Positions 60,321 through 64,000 of a stretch of DNA of 64,000 bases are shown piece by piece (within the stretch, counting starts at the first letter, position 1; every line of letters starts with the position of its first letter). The position numbers and the translations under genes are program-made. Source of the stretch: Chrysemys picta bellii. Taxonomy: Eukaryota. Location: positions 31,620,001 to 31,684,000 of the forward strand of contig NC_088796.1 of assembly GCF_011386835.1 (NCBI RefSeq). The letters run 5' to 3'. Under the pieces are notes generated by a model. It worked only from the letters and a program-made list of their open reading frames with translations. It was not told the origin of the DNA and ran no database searches.

Positions 60321-63300
60321 ATAATCAAAGAAATATATGTACATCTAAACATATATCTTGTATGTATAAATGTAATAGGACATTTTCTCCCACTCTTTCC
60401 TATTATGCCTTGCAGATCGTGGCATGTGGGAAATGATTTATTGATACATTTTTCTGAAAATTCAAACTACATTGTGAAAATTCTATGAAATTGACCATCC
60501 TAATTATGGTGTTTTCTAAGGAATCACAGCCTAATTACTTAGTGAAAGCTCTGGTTATTCTCATTTTCTCATATATCCTAAATTAATTGTAAAAAACAGC
60601 AAACAGTGGATTGATAAAAGTAACTATAGTGGTTTCCTTTAATATTAATTCATATAAGTTTACCATGATGAAATTTCAAAGTTGGTCTCAGGTTAGGTCT
60701 TTAAGTCCTGATAATTTCCTATGTAGAACAGATGCTATTTTAAGTCTCTCTCTCTTTAGAAATACTGTAATGATCTTTGGTTGGCTATAGCAACTCTAAC
60801 ATGTTTGGGTCTTTTAGTTAGAACACAGTAATGAAAATATTTAATTCATGTATAATATTTACACTGTCAGCACCAGAGTCCATTTGATAACATAAATTTT
60901 ATGTGTTATTTATGGGGAAGACACTTAAGGATTTCAATAATTCTTTAAAATATTTACATTTTTTTCTCCTGACTTTTTGTTTTATGCTGTGTTTTATAGG
61001 TCTTCATTTCTATTTGATGAAGGTTTCAAACTTTAGATTTATGGTTCAACACCTCGCAACAAATTTTGTAAATATTCTGTGGGGGCTTGGTCCTGAAACA
61101 TAAACACTTCTTCCTATTGAGGCCCTGAGGAAAACCAGACCCCCTCATTTATTATGTGATATCCAGAAGGCTAAGGGGATGTTGATCTCCTTTTTCAGGA
61201 ACATCTTCTTCAGAAAGAAAAATGAAATGCCATCGTGCTAAGGTGAATCATAATAAATGTTATATCTTGGCTGACATTGAGAAATAAATCAAAGGAAGTT
61301 GTGAGAAATATTGGTGACTTTTTTTTCCACAGAGGTTTGGACCAGCTTTATAAATTAAACAGTATGTGATGACAGTTTAGGGGTGGTAAGTAAACCACTC
61401 AGTAGATAATCTCCATGGTAACAAAAAAAGTGTAACCATCTAAAACCAAACCAGCAATCTGGACTTCACTGTTTAATATGGCAATAGTGAATGTTTTGCA
61501 GTTGATTAAAAGTGACAAAGAATAATAAAATAGCGCAACTTTTTTACAGTTTAATTCTTCTTAATAGAAAAATGCAAACTGCAAATAATGTATCGACTAA
61601 GGCTCTGATCCTTCAAAATACATGCTTAACTTTACACATGTTTATAGTCTCATTGCAATCAATCTGCTGTTTGCAATATCAGGGCTTGATGATTTTTTTC
61701 TGAGACTAACTTAGTGCCTGATTCTGAAAGTTCTTACTCACATGAGAAGCCCCACTGAAGTCAAGACTACTGCACTCAGTTAACTAATGGCTACAGTATT
61801 GGGTTCCTAATTAGCAGTGTTTGATTTAAATGACTTAGGCTATGTCTACACAGCCCTGCCATTCAGACTATGGGGGGTACGGGGGTGAATAGCACAAAAT
61901 CAAAGAGCCTCTTTACAGGAGAAATGCTTTTATATAGTAACCAATGGTGAAATAATTGTATTGGTGCAAGCACTGCAATTCAGAAATATAAAGTGAACTA
62001 TCTAAGAAAGTTTAAAGTTTAATTCACTATGGAAGAGATTATGATTTGAACTATGTGTCCATGCATGAGAATAAGGGGGAGTAAGAACCCCACTTAACCT
62101 GCTGTATCCATACTTTGTGCCAGGGCATGCAGGGATAAGCATATGGGTAACGAGTGAGAGGAGAGGGGAATAGGTAGAGTCTTAGCTCTGCCTTCTCCAT
62201 TGCAACGGAGCCAGCTGTTGTACAGGGATGTTGAAATGTACTGCTGGTATAGGCCGGGGGAAACTATGTCTCAAAGGATTATCACTGAGACATAACACCT
62301 CCTGGGGCTACTCCTGGGGTGGTGCAGTTTATGCACCTCCTTTTGCTCAGGGCTGTGCCCCAAGGCACAGTCTAGTCCTGTACAGCTAAGAAAGACTGAT
62401 ATTTTTAGCCAGCATTTATTTACAGTTTTTCAACGTGAATCTAGCCCTGGTGAAAACAGTCAAACTTACAAGCTTGGAGACTTAAACCCCTTTTTCATGT
62501 ACAGATAGGTACAGCATGGCCAATAGCAGTGCGGGTTTCCCCTCAGTGCCCCACCAATATTCCTGGCATAGAGAGATCAACTCAAAGCATGAGAGGATAG
62601 TTCAGTATTGTTGCCCAATCCATCTTGCCATTCTTGTTGAGAATGCTAAGAATGTCAAATGGATTCCCATCAGGGTGATAGCTTTGTGCTGTCTGCTTGG
62701 ACTCCATTAATGTAAGACACAGAGGTTACTGAAAAGCCTTCAGATTGTTACAATCCCGTCACTACCAACCTAGTGTTCCAATCTGCCTCTGTTCAAGTCA
62801 ATGGCAAATCTTTCATTCACTTTGATAAGGTCAGGATTTAGTCCCTGGTTGAGGAATGGACAGGATATGATTTAGCATATCCATTTGGCACCCAACACTA
62901 GCCGGGCTTCTAAGGAGCCCTTATTGCCAAGCAAAGTTATCCTCCCCTGGCACAGCTCTTGAGAGAGTGTGGAAATGGAACACACACACAAAATCCCCCC
63001 ATCAAATGCAGTAGGACTCACTCTCCTTCAGGGAAATGCAATTTGCACTTCCTTGCATCAGCCTGGGTAAATCTGACCCATTATGTAACATAGAAGAATT
63101 ACATATACTGCATAGTTGTTGTATATCCCAAAAGACAGGGATTCTCTTTTTTCTCATGTGACTGAAAGAAATGTATAAGCCCCAGAGGTTATTCTATCTT
63201 CATATGGCATAGCTCCAACCTCAACCCAGTAGCAACTTTCACTTTACAAATTACAAATGACACAAATAAAAATCAGAACAATTGCCTGGGTAGGTGGGCA

Positions 63301-63944
63301 AAAGGAATTGGAAGACTCAGGTAATTAGTAATGGAACCCTATTTCCTGATGTACTAGCAGAGATTGATGAACAACAAGAGTAAATCTGGCTCAATATTGG
63401 TGTCAGATAATACCCACTAAACAGAAATACACCCAGAGCAGGCAGGGTCTCTCCACTAGACACCCTCATCCAGGATGTTTTTTCCCCCTCAATCCCATGG
63501 AATAAAGCTAATATCAGATCCACAGATCCTGTGGATACATCAAGAGCTATGTAGAAGGTGCGTGGACAACCAGCAGCAGTTCTGTCCCTGTCCATTAACA
63601 GTGTGGTTCCACTGGAGTTGCGCTGCTGGGTATTTCCCCAAAAAGTTCTGGCTGTATTACCTTACCAAGGAGTCTCCATTGTTTGTGAGAGGGTCAATGT
63701 ATGTCTCCTTGCATTGCCCACTCTCTTGGTGCAGGCCCCTGGACGTGCAGAAAGCCCCCACCCCCGTCAATGTGCAGGGACCTGAGGGATGTTGCTGTGT
63801 AGGTGACTGACCCCTCTTTTAAGGTGGGGAGATCTACTCCTAAAGAGGCTTTCCTGCATACAGCTCAAATGATCTGGCCCTTATTCACAGAAGAGGTACA
63901 ACATGGGCAACAGCCATGCATGTTTTCCCAGAGTGCCCAGATAA

Positions 63945-64000
63945 GGGCTTGTCTATACTTATGCGCTGGTTCGGCGGCAGGCAATCAAACTTCTGGGTAC
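63945..64000. mobile_element. Start of a Harbinger-type MITE running off the window
   Basis: TAA-GGGCTTGTCTATACT terminus. Confidence 0.7.

Overview
Eukaryotic vertebrate DNA, almost certainly turtle (Testudines). The evidence is three copies of the tRNA-derived tortoise-type Pol III SINE with CR1-like tails, plus a repeat set typical of turtles. I found no host protein-coding exon I can support; every ORF with recognisable homology belongs to a decayed transposon. The main elements are two + strand DIRS1-type tyrosine-recombinase retrotransposons (1-2765 and 19011-23413). Both have RT, RNase H, a Dam-like methyltransferase domain, a recombinase and ICR/ITR termini. The window also holds two Penelope-like insertions carrying minimal hammerhead-ribozyme motifs, four solo LTRs, many hAT, Tc1/mariner and PIF-Harbinger-type MITEs (several with exact TSDs), CR1, L2 and MIR fragments, and a near full-length LF-SINE. 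About 44.6-51.6 kb is repeat-poor and CpG-rich, with a CTCF-like site, homeodomain/TCF motif clusters and a plausible + strand spliced lncRNA; it looks like the regulatory neighbourhood of a developmental gene that I cannot name. The most unusual observations are structural. (i) A Penelope fold-back (89-bp stem, 13-bp TSD) has a loop that is an exact 22-nt copy of DNA 575 bp upstream. (ii) A 77-bp near-perfect palindrome is flanked by 7-bp direct repeats. (iii) A 100-bp microhomology-bounded inversion moves an LTR poly(A) signal to the other strand. I do not see convincing evidence for a wholly new biological system. Repeat family names come from recognition of diagnostic sequence, not from a database search.
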